64,000 bases of DNA from Tubulanus polymorphus (GCF_964204645.1 NC_134025.1:20683101-20747100), one strand, 5' to 3'. Counted from the stretch's first letter, positions 1-21,424 are shown. Program-made: numbers and translations. Notes: generated from the letters alone by a model not told the origin.

Positions 1-429
1 CTACTGAAATTAGATGGATGGAGAAGTGGTCAAAAAGCTGGAAAAATGGGGTGGGGCAAATATTCAGCTACTTTCTATGAATACTTTCTATTAAGTACAC
101 TCAAGATTGATTAGATTGGGAAGAAAATATAGGAAAACGTTTTCTTGTTTTGGTGGGGAAATATCAAGTATCAAGTTTGAATGTCAGACGCAGGTGATAA
201 AAAGTAAAAAGTGACATCTACCATCACAAAAACGCAAGAAGTGTGTGGATTGCATTTACAACAAAAGAGTGATATTTTGGGTTTTCTTGGGTGCATGTAC
301 GTAAGCCTCTGCCTGCCGTAAAAGCGGCTACCATTACAGCCATTACGAACTAGCGCCGGAGAACGGAATACAGTATTAATGCCGTAATATTTAAACCTGA
401 TACTCGTACCAACAATTAAAACCATTTTC

Positions 430-915
430 CGTAGAGACAAGTGTAGTGAAAATGAAGAAATAACACCCATATACTGAAATACACGTAAAGAAAACAGCGC
501 CGAATCTCGGAATGACAATACACGCGCTGCAGTAAAAGAGCCATAGGAAAAAAATTAGGCAAGATATCTTAAAATTTCAAAGTTCACCTGAAAGGGGGTG
601 TTTATGCGTACAGTGCTTGAAATGTTTGGATTTTTTAGAAAATTATTTCTGAAAATAACGAACTTCAAATTTCAGTACCCTGGATTTCTATGCGCAAAGC
701 AAAAACTGACCATCGATTTTTATATCGCTCTCATGTCGCATTGTTGTAAATTTGAGAAATTATTTTTAGATAACTGAAAACTAGAGATTCACGCGGTTTG
801 AATGTTGCTGAAGTTGTCAAAATCCATCCATGGACAGATGAAATATGATACAATACACATCACGGATAGTTTTTAAAAAAGAGAAAAAAATGACCCAACA
901 ATACGGGACAAAAGT
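430..915 (+). repeat. Dispersed repeat (probable non-autonomous TE), inverted partner at 21425-21908
   Basis: Diverged reverse-complement match, e.g. cacccatatactgaaatacacgt, ggcaagatatcttaaaatt and tgacccaacaatacgggacaaa here vs acgtgtatttcagtatatgggtg, aattttaagatatcttgcc and tttgtcccgtattgttgggtca at 21.4-21.9 kb. Confidence 0.75.
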
Positions 916-1120
916 ACCCTAACAAAATGGCGGCTAGCAACTGTAAAATGGTTTATTTACAGAAAATTTCATAAGATTTAACCGAATTATAGAAGAAATT
1001 GGAGCGGAAGGCCTTTGGTAGAGAACTTCGTTTGCCACTGTACTGTTGGAGTTTTCAAACTCATTATATCAGTTTCCAACATAGGTTCACTCTTGCCAAC
1101 CTTCAGCAACTGGAACTTAC

Positions 1121-7254
<6,134 letters not shown>

Positions 7255-9663
7255 GTTGCTTCTTTATCACTAAAAATAACATAATATTATATCCGAAAAC
7301 CCAGTCCACGATCCAAGTGCATTGGTGAATATATATATTTCAATATATATTTCCATCAACAAAATGTATTCGCTGATTCCATTGGTAGCTGTATACATGT
7401 ATATACCATCACCCGGAGAATACTTTTTTAAATTAAAGGAGTTAAATTTCGGTTAACACAATAAGTGTTATCAATCGTAAATACTCGAGAGATTAACAAC
7501 TTCTGCGTAGATGTAAAAATATCGAATCCTATTGTATTTATTTCCAAAGTTGTAAACTTTTATGACAAAAATCGATATACAAGCATAAATGGCGGGATTG
7601 ATAACCTATTGAAATGACCAATTGTCAATGCTCATCTATCCCGACGCTTTGTTGATTGTTCTGAAGGGTTTTACGACACTACACGTTCGGTAATCATGTT
7701 TCATACTTGCAATTCTGCGGAGATTCTGATATATAGAATATCAATTCGACGTCTTCGTTTGCGTTATTCTACGACTGTGATAAAGGACCCAAGGCTGATG
7801 TAGAAAATCGACAAGCATGAGCATATATATACTCACTGCGATGATCAGGCGCTGTGGGTATATATATTTTGGTCATCTATTTTCTAACCGCTGTTCTTTT
7901 CCATTCATATACTGAACGTATGCTTTTTCGATCACACATATATGGCGTATGGCAATACGGCTTATCATTTTAAAAAATGGGCCCAAGGCCATCCTTCGAA
8001 CACGACGTCCTATATTTTCAAAAGGCGGTGAACTGTTTGCGATTCATTGATTACCAAATTATATCGACCGTTCACAATTATTAGGTCTTATAGTGACGTA
8101 TAGCCATTTAAAAACTGATTTTTAAGATGGCTCATTGTTATTGAGTCGAAACTTCAATAATCATATCGGGTTAGTATTTATAATTGCAGGGTTTACATCC
8201 ATTTGAAATATAATACATATATACCGGCACAGTCAGATATACAGACAGTCCACGGGAACCAATATTATGAATTGCGTAAAAAATATATCAGCGTGTGTTT
8301 GACTGCATACAAACAGTGACTTAAAGACGACAAGCCTCTGACATTTATGATGATAAACTCTGCTGTTTCTTGTATTTTTCATTACGAATGTCTCTTATCG
8401 AAACAACTAACTATGCGGGGTTTTTAACTGTTACGGCACGATTCGGACATTTCATCTGTATCCATATTGAAATCGAGAAAATAGAATCGTTTTGAGTTTT
8501 TTCGAATTCATAGTTATGTCATGGTAATTCCAGGAAGTTATTTCAACATTTCAATACGTCAAAAAGACAGTTGCCGTTTATGCATGGCAATTTAATTAAT
8601 AAACAAATATCTTTCCGAAGAAGAAATACATTTTGATTACGTCGTGTGGATTTCAAATTGACTTGTCATTATTGTTAACATTGCCAATGATCCAAAAAAG
8701 CATCAATTAGTTAAACGAGCTTAGTCTATTACTCCAAAATTCTATGTATACTGAAAATAACGAATTCTAGAGTTGGAGTTATCAGCTCCAAGAGGCTTCC
8801 AACCTAGTATTTTTGGTCTCAAGTCAGATTATAGCAGGGAATTGTCTCGCACAATATGCCCCAACGAAAAGCCATTTTAAAAACTAAATTCGTTTACATT
8901 TATTGAATAAGGGTTCGAAAAAACGGTAATGTGATTATATGATACATAATATGTTAAACAGCGAAATATCGAATATAAACTATTTCTTCGAAAAGTAGTG
9001 AACGACTGAAACATTTGAAAATAGTGAATTGTGTTGGCCGCTGCTCGTCCGTAAGCAGTTGGTATTTCCGAGTGTTTTATATTCCCAAAGTAGTCTTGTT
9101 GTTGCTGGTCGGCGCGGTTTGTTTCGGAAACGCCAACATCCATTATACATGCGCAGCGTTTACGTGATTTGTTTTGGCTCAAGGCACACATACAGATTTT
9201 TTTGTCGTCGTCCCTAATTACGTTTGAGACGCGCATGAAATGGGGGTAGATCCAATACTTTTTAGATACATGTATATGATACTACAATATAATTGTGTTT
9301 CTCAATGTATCCTAGAATCCTAGAGGTTGTTATCTTTGTTTCAATCAATGCGTTGGAAATTGAATACATCGATGGCCACAATGACGGCTTCGGGAGTTCG
9401 CAGACGATACTCTAGTTGAAAAAGGTAGTTTTTTCTGAAATGGCACCGTTTTTTTCCTGTGGCATTATGATATCAACCAGTGTGCATGACTGAATGGTAC
9501 ACGGTGGCAGCACCTACGTAGCCCTCAATTCAGCAGCCGCGTTCGCCAGTTCAGAAATCATAACAGTAACCAGTGATCCTGTCACTGGTAGCTCATCTCA
9601 CAGCTAGAACGGCGAGTAAGACTCTGTAATGTGACATCGGGCTAGACGCTACAAAGCGTGAAA

Positions 9664-9724
9664 ATGAGGCCTAGGATGACACTGTTTTTACTACTCGGAA
9701 TTCTATCGACATGCTTCCAACAAG
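9664..9724 (+). CDS. Probable signal-peptide exon 1 of the Ly6/uPAR gene
   Basis: aaaATG, MRPRMTLFLLLGILSTCFQQ, phase-1 donor CAAG|gtaagg matching the phase-1 acceptor at 23047; the join across ~13.3 kb is inferred. Confidence 0.65.
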
Positions 9725-10719
9725 GTAAGGTTTAAATACTAACAACATCTCAAAAATGAAATGTTAAAATTCTTATATCGATGTATATAATTAAATCGTG
9801 CTGCGGGATAACACAATATTGTGATACTATTGTAACGTTCTATTTTACCTTGGTTCTTGAAATGATCAGCTGCATAATTGAGTTACAAGAATCTTTTGAA
9901 GCACTGTACAAGTTCAAACCTTCAATCGAAAATTGACGAATTCATCGTCCAGCGAAAAGTCGAAATAGTCGGTTTAAGTTCCCAGTGATTTCTCATCGAC
10001 GGGGCAAGGGATGGCTCAGCTGTAAATGAATATCAAATCAAGACCTCTTCGAACGAAATTATCGAAAATGGCAATGATGATATTTTCGTAAGGAAATTGA
10101 TAAAAAAAGAGAGAGATTACATGAAAAGACGAGAGCATTTGTGTGCGTCTGTGTTGTAAGTAGCCAGTTAAGCAACTGTTTGGGTAATGTGGACGGTAAA
10201 AAGCTATGAGAACACTATAAAAAGAATACCGGCGTTATTCATGTTGACAGCGGATTCTAGTGGATTAGCAAGGACGACGTGTTTTAGATAGTCATTAGTC
10301 GTAATCTGTTAGTTTCTCGGGTCGACCCACCGTGCTATCATTCACATCACATCTCAATACATCACCCAATCGTGTTACAAACGGCGAGTGGTAGTTAAAA
10401 CCAAATAGGAAGCAATACGAGAACGCATAATGAATTCAATTTAAATCGAAACCGCTTAAAGCGTGTTTGTAAAAACGACCCTGGGATGTAGACCTTTCTG
10501 ACCTTGAATACAATTGACAGAACACACGGACTCGAAGTCGGGATAAAATCTTTAAATTATTTGAAATTTAGTGTGTATTCAAGATGTTTTTATACAATAA
10601 AAGATGATTGTAGACATCAGATATCTGATGAATCGGAAATTTTAGATCTTTTAAGATGTAACGGTGTTCGGAAACTAATGATTTCAATCTATTTCGTGCA
10701 AGTACAAAAAGCGAAAATC

Positions 10720-10863
10720 TACGGAGCCCCGGAGATTACACGGTGAAATATAAATATTTTTTTTTCTTGGCGGAACGAAAAACCTTTCGTTCGAACGAAA
10801 AGATTATTTCGCTCCAACGAAAACAATATTTATTTTTCACCGTGTCACCTTAGGGGCTCCGTA
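10720..10863. mobile_element. Short MITE with TAC..GTA termini; extra solo end at ~11078-11106
   Basis: TACGGAGCCCCGGAGATTACACGGTGAAATATAAATATT vs AATATTTATTTTTCACCGTGTCACCTTAGGGGCTCCGTA; no intact TSD. Confidence 0.7.
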
Positions 10864-11183
10864 GATCCTGTTATAATCAACTTATTTCATGTGACGAAAC
10901 GAGAATCATACAATAAATCGGCCAATTTATACATTCAGGTTTAGTCACGTAGATTAGTAAGATGATGGACATTAGGTACGTATAGTCATGGAATCGGTCT
11001 ATTACTGCCAAATGATTGTGTTTGACCACCTGCATGGATACAGGGGTCAGGGGAAATTCGAACGAAAATATTATATCGTTCACCATGTCACCTCCGGGGC
11101 TCCGTAATATAAAAAATGTGCCAGTTAGTTCGGTGGTAAAGCCCTATAGTGGATCACGGAGGGGTGGTGATCACGTTGTCCAT

Positions 11184-11226
11184 GGGTCTGTCTAAAGAAC
11201 ATACCTCTAACCACCCTTTGGTTTTT
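11184..11226 (+). repeat. 43-bp core of a dispersed repeat (SINE-like?), inverted partner 12531-12573
   Basis: gggtctgtctaaagaacatacctctaaccaccctttggttttt vs reverse complement gggtctgcctaaagagcatacctctaaccgccctttggttttt. Confidence 0.6.
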
Positions 11227-13239
11227 CCTTTCGGGTGAAATATAGAACCCGGTCCGGGTTTTAGCTGATATCGAAGATTACCTTAAAGTGGGGTCGAGCC
11301 CCAAAATGTACAATTGACAACTACATTATTTTAAGCCAGGACAGGTGGATAGCATTGAAATGTGGGTGACTTTTGTATTCACCCTAGAACTACAGAGATC
11401 CCCCTACACTTGCAAACTCAAAATACTAGAAGGTTCCAAGTGTTTTATCTTTCTTTGAGATGATCAAAACTATATTTTTAATTTGTTTCGTAGCTCTTTT
11501 TGACGATTTTATCGGAGAAAGTCTAATCAATCACATGAGAATCTACGCAACACGCATACTCGCTTGCCGCAGCTTCATGATAGAATCTCAATATCTTCAG
11601 TTTAACAGACATAATTCTGTTATTTTCACATTTTATTGGTATCATTTATCACATTCTAACTTACATGGTTAACTCCTTTATATCTTCAAGATTATAATGG
11701 TGAGCAGTTTCCAAAAATATATCTGATAATAATTACCGTATAGTGCTGCCATCTATGGCCTGTACCAGTGATTATCGTCTTGTTATTGCATTGCAGATTT
11801 ATCTTATTCAAAGTATTTTTTCGATGAATCAATGGCAAATAACAGTAGACTGAAAAATTATAAAATACTTCAATCTTCAGTGCCCGGTGGCTCTTAATGG
11901 CTTATAGTTCGTTAATTTCGTTACATTTTACTCAAACTGTCGATTTCGGACGATTTTCTTCTCATTTCGCCTGTGGCCTAGGTGACCGAACACTACCGCA
12001 CCTAGCAGTGGCGGCAAACATTAAAATCATCTGAATAGAAGTACTCTACAACTGAGTAGAGGGGTAATAGATAATAAATTTTGAACCATAGTTTTAATTT
12101 CTAAATTGCAATTTTTCTGTAAAAACCATAAATGTGAACAAAATTTTATCAAATTTTAGTCAAATATTTTATTCATACAAAAACAGATTTATACAGTTGA
12201 TCATTCCATACCTTGTACATGAATAACTTTGAATGTATTTTTATTTGAAGTGGTTAATGAAACAAGTGGTTATGATACATCACAGCAGAGAAAAGCGCGT
12301 CCATCAATATAGCCTAAAAATGATGGTGGTGTTTTTTTAAATAATCTTCCATTCTTTGAGTTGTCTAGTCGATAATGAATGCACTGAAAACCTTAGTGTC
12401 GGTGGTATATCGCTAGACACACACGGACTCTAGCACACGCAGTATACGAGCGCCACGCTCAGGACTGGGTGAAGTCCTGTAATGAATCATTCAGGTTGCA
12501 TCTTAAACACTAAAATCAAAATCGGAACGAAAAAACCAAAGGGCGGTTAGAGGTATGCTCTTTAGGCAGACCCGTTGTGTTGTCCATAGGGCTATAACGT
12601 GTTTCCACGTGATCCCACGAAATATTCTTTTCTCTACGACATCAAAATTCCATTTCATTCCCTCACATTCGAATCGGCACTGATTTAATGAAAGGTAGAA
12701 TGAATCACGAGACGTTGTACGCGCGCATCTCTTCTCGACGTATTGAACGTTATCTATCACTCGCCACTGATTTCTAGGGAATCAGAAAATTATATTTTCT
12801 TCTGGAACAGGACTCGTATCATATAGATGGAACTACCCGTGTCAGCACTTCAATTAATTGCATACCAATCTTGTTAAGTAAGTTTAATAGCAATGTGAGG
12901 GAAACCAGAAACCATTACGCAAAGTATCATCTATAAGGCATCAATCCGGAGATACTTTGATGATTAGATGATTTTTTTTTTATCTCGAACGTCTAATCAG
13001 TCTGTTATGATACATGAAAGATTCACTCAACAATCACGAACAATGTACTTAACGAGCTTTGACACGACAATGCTAGGATGTTATAATATGTACTGTAAGC
13101 TCACTTTCTATATGCCAATAACTAAAATCGCGCCACCGAGGAGCTGTACGATCAAAGTATATTTTCATGTCAAATTTCGAAAATGTTCGTATCAAGCATG
13201 GTTTCACATTTCATGTAAGGAAGAAGAGCCATTAACCTG

Positions 13240-13630
13240 ATGAGTCGAGATGATACACACTATCCGTGTAAGATGGATAATGAGAGATATCCCACAATGA
13301 TTCAGTCAAAGATGAAAAGTCTTGAATAGAAGAGTATATCTTGTTTTTGTCTGATTACCCCTTAGTTTGTCTTTGCCTTATAATCACTCGGGCTTCGTTT
13401 TTAGATTACTTTAAACTTTCTTTATACTACCCCTAGTTTGTCGTTTGCCTCCTTTGGTTTCTGTTTTTTGTTGTTTAATTACTTTTATCTTAATCCTTTA
13501 ATCGTAATCCTATTGTCTGATTCTTGTATAAATATTCTGTTATTTCATTTTGTTTCTCAGTACGCCTGATGATGGCTGATAGTGTTAAGCCGAAACGTTG
13601 CTCAAAATATATAATCTTCTATTCAAGAAT
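13240..13630 (+). mobile_element. Penelope-like element pLTR remnant with minimal hammerhead motif
   Basis: CTGATGATGGCT-loop-AGCCGAAACGTT at 13566-13599; inverted copies of tcttctattcaaga at ~13320 and ~13616; 13240-13300 also matches 36450-36510 in reverse. Confidence 0.5.
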
Positions 13631-16600
13631 TTTTCGTTACCTCCGTTAACCAACTGTCGCAGTATTTATTCACTGTCAAGTTCGCTGTGCTCAGAGCAGG
13701 CATAAAAAGATTAGTGATACACATTATCGAGTAGTTTTGAAGTAATCACAATTTTGAAGAAAAAATTCGTGATTTTGTATTCGTTAAATTTGTAGAGTTG
13801 AGATTCGAGAAGCGCGTAGCGCGTATTCCAATGTCGAATTTGCATGTCGAAATTGATCACAGCATAACGCGTTGAAACTAATTATTCCATTGCGTTAAAC
13901 AGCTCTTCGGCGAAAACACGCTGCGAGCGTCAAAAAGCCGAATCCGAAGAGTTTAAAAATCCACACGCTTTCCGGATTATAAAACACGTTAAGTCCTAAT
14001 TTGGGATAATGGATCGGTTATTTTTACGTGGAAAGGCATCGCCGAGGCAACGCTGTATAATCCCATAAATCACATTCAGGTAGCTTCCCCTGCCAGCTAA
14101 ACAAAATCATCGCTTCCGTCCTTTGATAATTACATCATTACACCGCCGAGCTCTTCGATCTCAGCAAGTAGTTGTAATCAGCATCGGAATGATCAAACCG
14201 CATTTTGAAATTAAGTTTACGGGTAGAGCACCAGCGATCTGCGACCTTCTCCGAGAAACGAGCACGTTCCCGGTAAGATTGCTTCGGGTTGCCATAAGTA
14301 ATCGTGCAATTTCAATTTGATTTGATTACTCAAAAAACCAAATGTATCGCCCCAATAGCGAATTACCCAATGTTATGAACTTGAATCCTGAAACATCAGA
14401 AATATAGACCACGTATTATAGATTTCGATATCATGCTAAATTCACGTTCAGAAGCTATCCCAGATGCTCCAAAGAACAAGTTAGCCTAATCTTTTGCATG
14501 ATTTGGGCTCTGGGAGCCACTTCAACTTCGTTGGCCAACCCTTTTCAGATCAAATGATCCAATAATCATCCCATAAACAAATATTCGTTGTAATCAAATA
14601 TTTGAGATAAATGAAACGAAGATAATTTGGGAATTTCCGGTGGAAAAGACAGGCTTTGCATAGCTGAGCCAGATTACTTTGTAAAGCCAAACGAACTATG
14701 ACCAGAAAGCGTAGTAGTTATAAATGGTAATATGATAACGTATATCTATCGCAGTCCAATCTAGAAGCTATAACAGGTAATACGGTGGCGTATTACTCGA
14801 CGATTTAAGTGTCATTCCCGTGATGATGTACACAAACAAGCGGCAACACCCCGTCACGAGACCTCATAACAACACATCGTGTACAAAATCATTCTAAGAT
14901 CGAATAGACTGAGTAATTAGGAGCCGTCAGATGAAACAACTATTTCCCAAAATGAACAACTAGGAGGAGATCCTTCTTTACATATGATAAGAAACCCGGG
15001 GAAACATCTTTCCTAAGATCATCACATATGTTGGGAACATTCTATTGAAAATAGATTGAATATCAAACGTTGTAAGTACTGAACCCAGAGATTCGACTAT
15101 ATGGCATTTATGAAATTTAATTTCAACGTACTTACTAGATGTTCGTTATACAGACCATGGTTACATACTTCTGCCAATCTTTATTTACCACGATATTGTT
15201 TTTAGCTATCGGTGTGATTATGCCAACGATCTTGTTTTTTGCGCCCTCTTAAGACGTAACCGTACATAAATGAGAACCATAAAAACTTTTCATAAGCCCC
15301 TACGAATGAAGAGATGTTAAACAGTCACACAAAACGTCATCGAAACATGTGCATTGTAGTTTACAACCAGCAGTTAGAAGCAATTAACCCACTTTAATAC
15401 CGTAACCTACGAGGCACTGCTCGTGCTGGTTCAAAACAATAGGGTGCTGCAAACATGAAACAGCTGCTTTTTCCTATCATTCCTAAAGGCAGAAAATTTG
15501 ATAATGACAAATTATTGCAAATAATATACAACCCATGGATTGACACCAGTGAAAAGTTATAACATTTACTTAATGACAGCCGACGTATTCTAGGTGATGC
15601 ACACCAGTCTTATAATCATATAAAAAGTGACCATGGTGTCCCTGGACCCCTAGTTACACGAAAAATCCCCGAATACACAAACCTCCATGTCACATTTCAC
15701 CTATATGTATAATTACTACATTATCCATTTTTCCACCTGGCGCCAATATTTTCTTCGTAAGTATTTTTCTTGTTTAGCTTTGTTGTCAACAGCTCTGGAT
15801 CTATACCCAACCAAACTTGAACTGAAGCTTGAAACAATGAATCTTTGGATTATTTCTTTCTAACTAGGCCGCAAGAAAAAACTCTTTATTCTTAGGATTA
15901 TCCGTTTGCACAATTTGCTTCGAGACGCATTTTCTCATTTTTTACGCCCTTATGCCAACATGAATCAAACAACATTTAAGTCTTCATTCACTGAAACTAT
16001 GGTGCTGAATTGCCACGATCGTGTTAGCTAATATACTGCTGTGCTCCTTTCCCCTCCCGTCGACTTAAAATATCTACGTGACCGGGATAGTAATGGTAAT
16101 GGGGTGTATACTTTCCTTGGTCGATGGAATGCAATGATTTCAAGACGTTTTGAGACGCAATTGCTTCTACGACATATCGGTATAGCCTACGCATATGCAA
16201 TAGTTAGCAAGGACCCCGTCAAGAATTATGTTTATTTACTTATTCTTGTCAGTTGTTATTGACATAAAGGGTTAATTAATTATATTTGAAGTTAAGCCTT
16301 GCTAACTGTGTTGAGTCATGTGACGTATTCAGTATCAAACTTGTGTAGAATGCAAATTTCTGTAATAACACTCGACGTGTTAGTCCTCTCTCTAGTATAA
16401 AATCATGACAAGGACGATCTATTAGCGTTAGAATCTAATTGCAGAACAGTAGTTGCTATGTTTGCCTTGCTTGTGTTTAAACTTTACTTTTTTCGATCAA
16501 ACGTTGGAGATTTGCAAGGCTAAAATGGACACAAGACATCACGTTCGCTTCGACTCCGTTGTAATTAAACGTAATGACCTAAATCATGTTTGGTGAAGAT

Positions 16601-18619
16601 TGGAAGAGGATATGTCGTTACCTCGCTAGCTATGTAAATCAAAAGAATTGATTTCACCGATCGACGACCTGAAAAAACCGGGGTTTGCGCGGTTGTTTTC
16701 CGCGTCGATTTCTGGTGAATTTTCTTTTCATCCTGATTCTTCATTTTGCAATACTGCGCGCAACGCCTTGTTCAGTGACGTATACCGCTTTTTAATCTAG
16801 ATTTTCAATCGATTCTCGACACCTCTCGGTTATCATCCTCCGGTCCCATTTGCATGCAAAATGCGTGGCGTATATTTCCCATCAGAGTAAAGTGCGTTTC
16901 CTGATTTTGCTACTAAGTAAAATTAGTTTTGGAATAATGCGCAAAATTTCTAATCCCTAGATAACGCGTATTAAGAGTATAATTATTAAATCTCATTTTG
17001 TTCGTATTGCCGGGGGCTGCCTAACCGACCCCTAAGAGACCGGGGATGCTACAGCAAATATTTTGCTTCAATCATCTGTGCGTCTTTGACGAATCAATCG
17101 AATATTTTGGAATTTAATGGAACGCATATTTCTGCAAAGTGTATCGTAACGACGGTGGTCATTGATGTATCATTTTGTCATGAATACCACAATCATGCGA
17201 TACAAGCATAGCTATTATGAGCGGTCAAATCTTCTGCGCCAAAGAATCCATTTTTCTCTGTGAGCGGACGCGTAAGCCATATACAAAAAACCCCAATGCT
17301 TACCCGTTAATCATCAATCATCTGAGAAACACGGTACACTTCATGATTCGCCGCCGAATGTTGTTTGTCCGAGTGGAATAATATTTCTCTTCGGCGTACC
17401 GGCAAGAAAAACTTATCCATACGTGTTAATCTTCATCCATTGCTTAGACGCAGTAGGTTCATGGGCTTCGGAATTTTTGTTACCATAAACACTACCAATA
17501 TGCGAGCCTAAATCACAAAAAGGTTACGAATTAAGACGATAACTTATTGCGTGCCGAACAAAACGAATTGCGGGATGGATCGTGCCTGGATCATGTTTAA
17601 GATTATAAAGTAGTCTTGTAAAGAACCGTTAGGCATCAATCTACTTCTGTGCTTATTATATCGATTTCAATTATGCATTCGATAGGGTTGATCGTTCTAT
17701 CTCTTGTATCAACTTGAAACCATGGGTGGAGAAAGAAATTTCAAAAATATCACGGCCATTTAGAAGAGTCACTAAAACGGAGCAAAATTCGAAAAAATAG
17801 GACGCATCCGTATGCAGATTATGTCTGCAGATTACTCGACCATCAATTATCATATTCCCTTATATGCGTAACGTTACGTACGTATTACATATCCACTTGG
17901 CATACCGAGGGCGTGCGAACATGTCTTATTACTACAAACCGTTGACTGTCCCATTTTCACCGAGACATCGGAGACATACGATTAAAATTCTTATACTCAG
18001 TATAGTTTTAACCTGTCAGGTAAGAGAAAACTTACTTATTGGTGAACGAGAAATGTAACATGGCATTACAGTAAAATGTCATCGAGCCACGAAAAGACGT
18101 TTATAATTTACCGATGAGCCGAAGAAGAAATTCTCGGAATGTAATCCGTATTACTTATCCGCTTCTTGGAAACGGCATTTTCAACTGGATCTTATACATC
18201 CAGTGCTCGTGGCTTACTAAGAGGAATTTCTTGGATCTCGTTAGCTTTAGCAGCAACGGAAATTATATTTGTCATTTTCGAAAACCCGTAGTCTGCAGTG
18301 TGTCGATGTCGAGAAAAATCGCTATGGGATTTAGGCTCAGTTTTATTACTTTCATCATCCGACTCAGACCATTAAAGTTATGCCATCTGAACCAAAGCCG
18401 CACTTGTAAGCTAACTCAATTGATGTGACATGTCTGAAGTAGATATGACGGTTGTTTATTCATAATATGAACTTGGAATATGCGATCAGCTACCACGTGG
18501 CCATCGGACGTCTCTAACGCATTATCCTCGCGTACTTATCCTCGCATTACCATATCTCGTATGGGTTTATCGTGTTGTGAAATCATTTATGATGCACTAC
18601 CGATGTAGTGTGATTTGAT

Positions 18620-19017
18620 GCAGTAAAAACCGTTACAACAATGTATATACATTAGTACTTAGAATGCGTTATTTAAGGGCTTCTGTGTGAGTTGAGGTGC
18701 ACTACGTCATCCAATATCGGCATTTCAAATTAGAAATAACAATATTGTGAATTAAGGCGTCTATTTTGTAATTGAATGTATTTCATAACTCTTTATTTTT
18801 GATAATATCTCAAAGATTATTTTTGAGAGGATATGCACTACGTCATCAATATATCGGGGCTTGACTGGTTGCCGGTCAATTTTATTCAATTACATATATA
18901 TTTAAATCCAAAATAACTTTATTGAACTTCAATCTACATCATTTTATTTACTGTCGACAATATCAAGCAATATAATCGTTTTCAAGGCGTCAATAAACTT
19001 CCAAATTAGTTTTCTTG
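18620..19017 (+). repeat. Dispersed repeat, same-strand partner at 40019-40447
   Basis: Shared gtaaaaaccgttacaa, tgcactacgtcat, gactggttgccggtca and tcaaggcgtcaata in the same order. Confidence 0.75.
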
Positions 19018-21424
19018 ATTTAAGTTGCTCAGGGACAGAGCCAGGAATATGACCTAGGGGTTCACCAGTACCAAAAAAGCGGGTACTAGCCGGTTGGCTT
19101 TTGAAAGGCATGGCCCAACTCAGCTACCTTCCACGCTAGAGTGGTCTATTTGCATTTAGCTTTAGCGGGCAAGCGCACAAACTCGATGTTGGACCGAATA
19201 AGATGATCATTTAGCGTCTTAAAGGCCGGAAACGGCCAGGTAAAATGCTTATCATCCCCTAGCGCTTTATGAGTTCCTAGTTTCTCATCAGTTCTGAAAC
19301 CACGCGCGTCACATACAATGTGTCTAATAAAAGTTCGAATAAAATGCAAACGCCCCCTTCAAGAAATTACTGCTCGTCTTTTGTTATAAAAATCAAAATC
19401 CATGCTTTTATACCTAGAAATCGAAGAAGTTCATCGGCGTGTCCGTAATCCTACAAATATCATGATGAGTAAATTGCAGCATCTGATTTGGCGGTTAAAG
19501 GCACAATTTTTTTGGATGATATGGACATACGACTAAAACCTGACTAGCAAATGTAACTACGACTAAGCCGTCGACTGATGGACCGCTACTGCTATTGACC
19601 TCGGAGTTTGATTTACACGCGAGCTGCCAATAGGAAATAACGTATCGCAACATTCTTTATCGGTGATAATAAAAAGCGAATATAAATCATCGGGGACCTG
19701 TGCGTGGATTATGTTTGCGACTGAAATGTAATGGAAACATCTTTCTGATCGACGCCAGCCATCGATGCAAGGCAAATCCGCCGAGTAGAAGAAGCTGCTC
19801 TTCTGCAAGAATAATTTTTATTTATTGAGTGACTTTCATCCCGGGGTTGTTCCGGTCGTATTACTTGATCTGAACTGTCATCAGCCGAACGCCGTCAAGT
19901 CTTTTGGGGCGATTACTGCCTGATGTACGTAATATCTCTATGGATATATATGATTAAAAGAGTGTGGGTTGTACAAGTACGAGCAGTCACGCGCAGACGT
20001 ACTTCGGCGATCCCTTGTTATGTATTTAATTATTACATTCTCTCAATACTACCGCTAACTGAGGCACTGAAATGAATACATTCCCATGATTATGACGCAA
20101 AACATAAACGCCATAGTTTGGGCATATCGTCTGACGCTTAAGCTGTTCGACGAAGAGTGTCTGATAAGTGCAAGAAGATGTTTTACTAAAATCATATCTT
20201 GCAGGCTCGGATCGGTGCTCGGTTCATCTACACAAGACATAACGTAAAAATCTGAGGGCATAATGATAATTACAATAATAATTTGCATTAAGATCAGTCT
20301 CAAAGATATTTACACTGATAATAAAACTGACACGATGATTACCTATAAAATTAGTTCAAAGGTTGATAATGTTTTTAGGCAAACTATTCCAGGTGAGAGC
20401 AGAGACAGAAAATGATCATCGTTTGACTGCCACGTGTACAGAAATATTACCTTTCAATTGGATTAATTGTTGTTTATTAATTTTGGACGCCATTCGAACA
20501 GAGCTTGCTACAAATCAGCAACTTTTCCGCATTTTGCCCATTAAATCATTGACGAGGAATAGAGAATTAACCGATGCAATGGTTTGGTTGTACATGTGAA
20601 ATCCTTTTGCCACGATGGTAGTGATACAAGGGATGCAAAATCATTCGATTTCAGAGACAAAACATGCGAACAGACTATGCAGTGACGGTATCGTTCAGAA
20701 GGTTTCACATGAATCCAAAATCAGGCAGCTAACATGTACACGCAAGACGATATAATTAATTCTGTGATAGCCTTATGCATCCGCTCATGATCCTAAATTT
20801 CTCGTTTCTCACATTTAACTTTGAGCGAGCATACTCTTGTATACACATGGAAATTAGGACCCTTCTCATTAATTGTTCTATCAGATCACAGTCTTAGCTA
20901 AAATGTCTAATGCAGTTGGCAACATTTGCCGACGCACTTTCGGCACACGACGCATAAATCGCCTATAATCGCTACTAATTCAATGATAAGGGTGATACAG
21001 AAGACTGACTGTGGCGTAATTGGGTTTCAGAGAGCGAAGGCTTACATCGTTTTAATCGCGAACACGGTACCCTTGATATCGAATGATGACGATTTGGCAA
21101 CTCCGCGAGGGGGCTTGATGAAGATCGATCGTTGGGATATCGCTCGTGGTTCTAATGAAATTGTAATCCTTACTAAATCCCGATGGAAAATCTGGTCATT
21201 ATCGTTAACTAAAGCGCCCATAGCGCGTAATAGGTACGGAACACGAAATGCAAAACAGTAGACATTGTTTAGCGAAACGTCGTTTCGTGAAAGGAACTTG
21301 TTGGCTTCGATCGCGAGGTCGGAGTAGCTTAAACAAGAAAAACCTACGACTATGCAATAGCCAATCAGTATAAACGAGTGAATAAACCATTTCACAGTTG
21401 CTAGCCGCCAGAGTACTTATAGAG

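Noticed and set aside
171-518. 115-aa minus-strand ORF as the next ENT exon
   Set aside because: No ENT-like motif in any frame and it overlaps a dispersed repeat
13236-13260. Second CTGATGAG hammerhead-like box
   Set aside because: No stem II followed by GAAA
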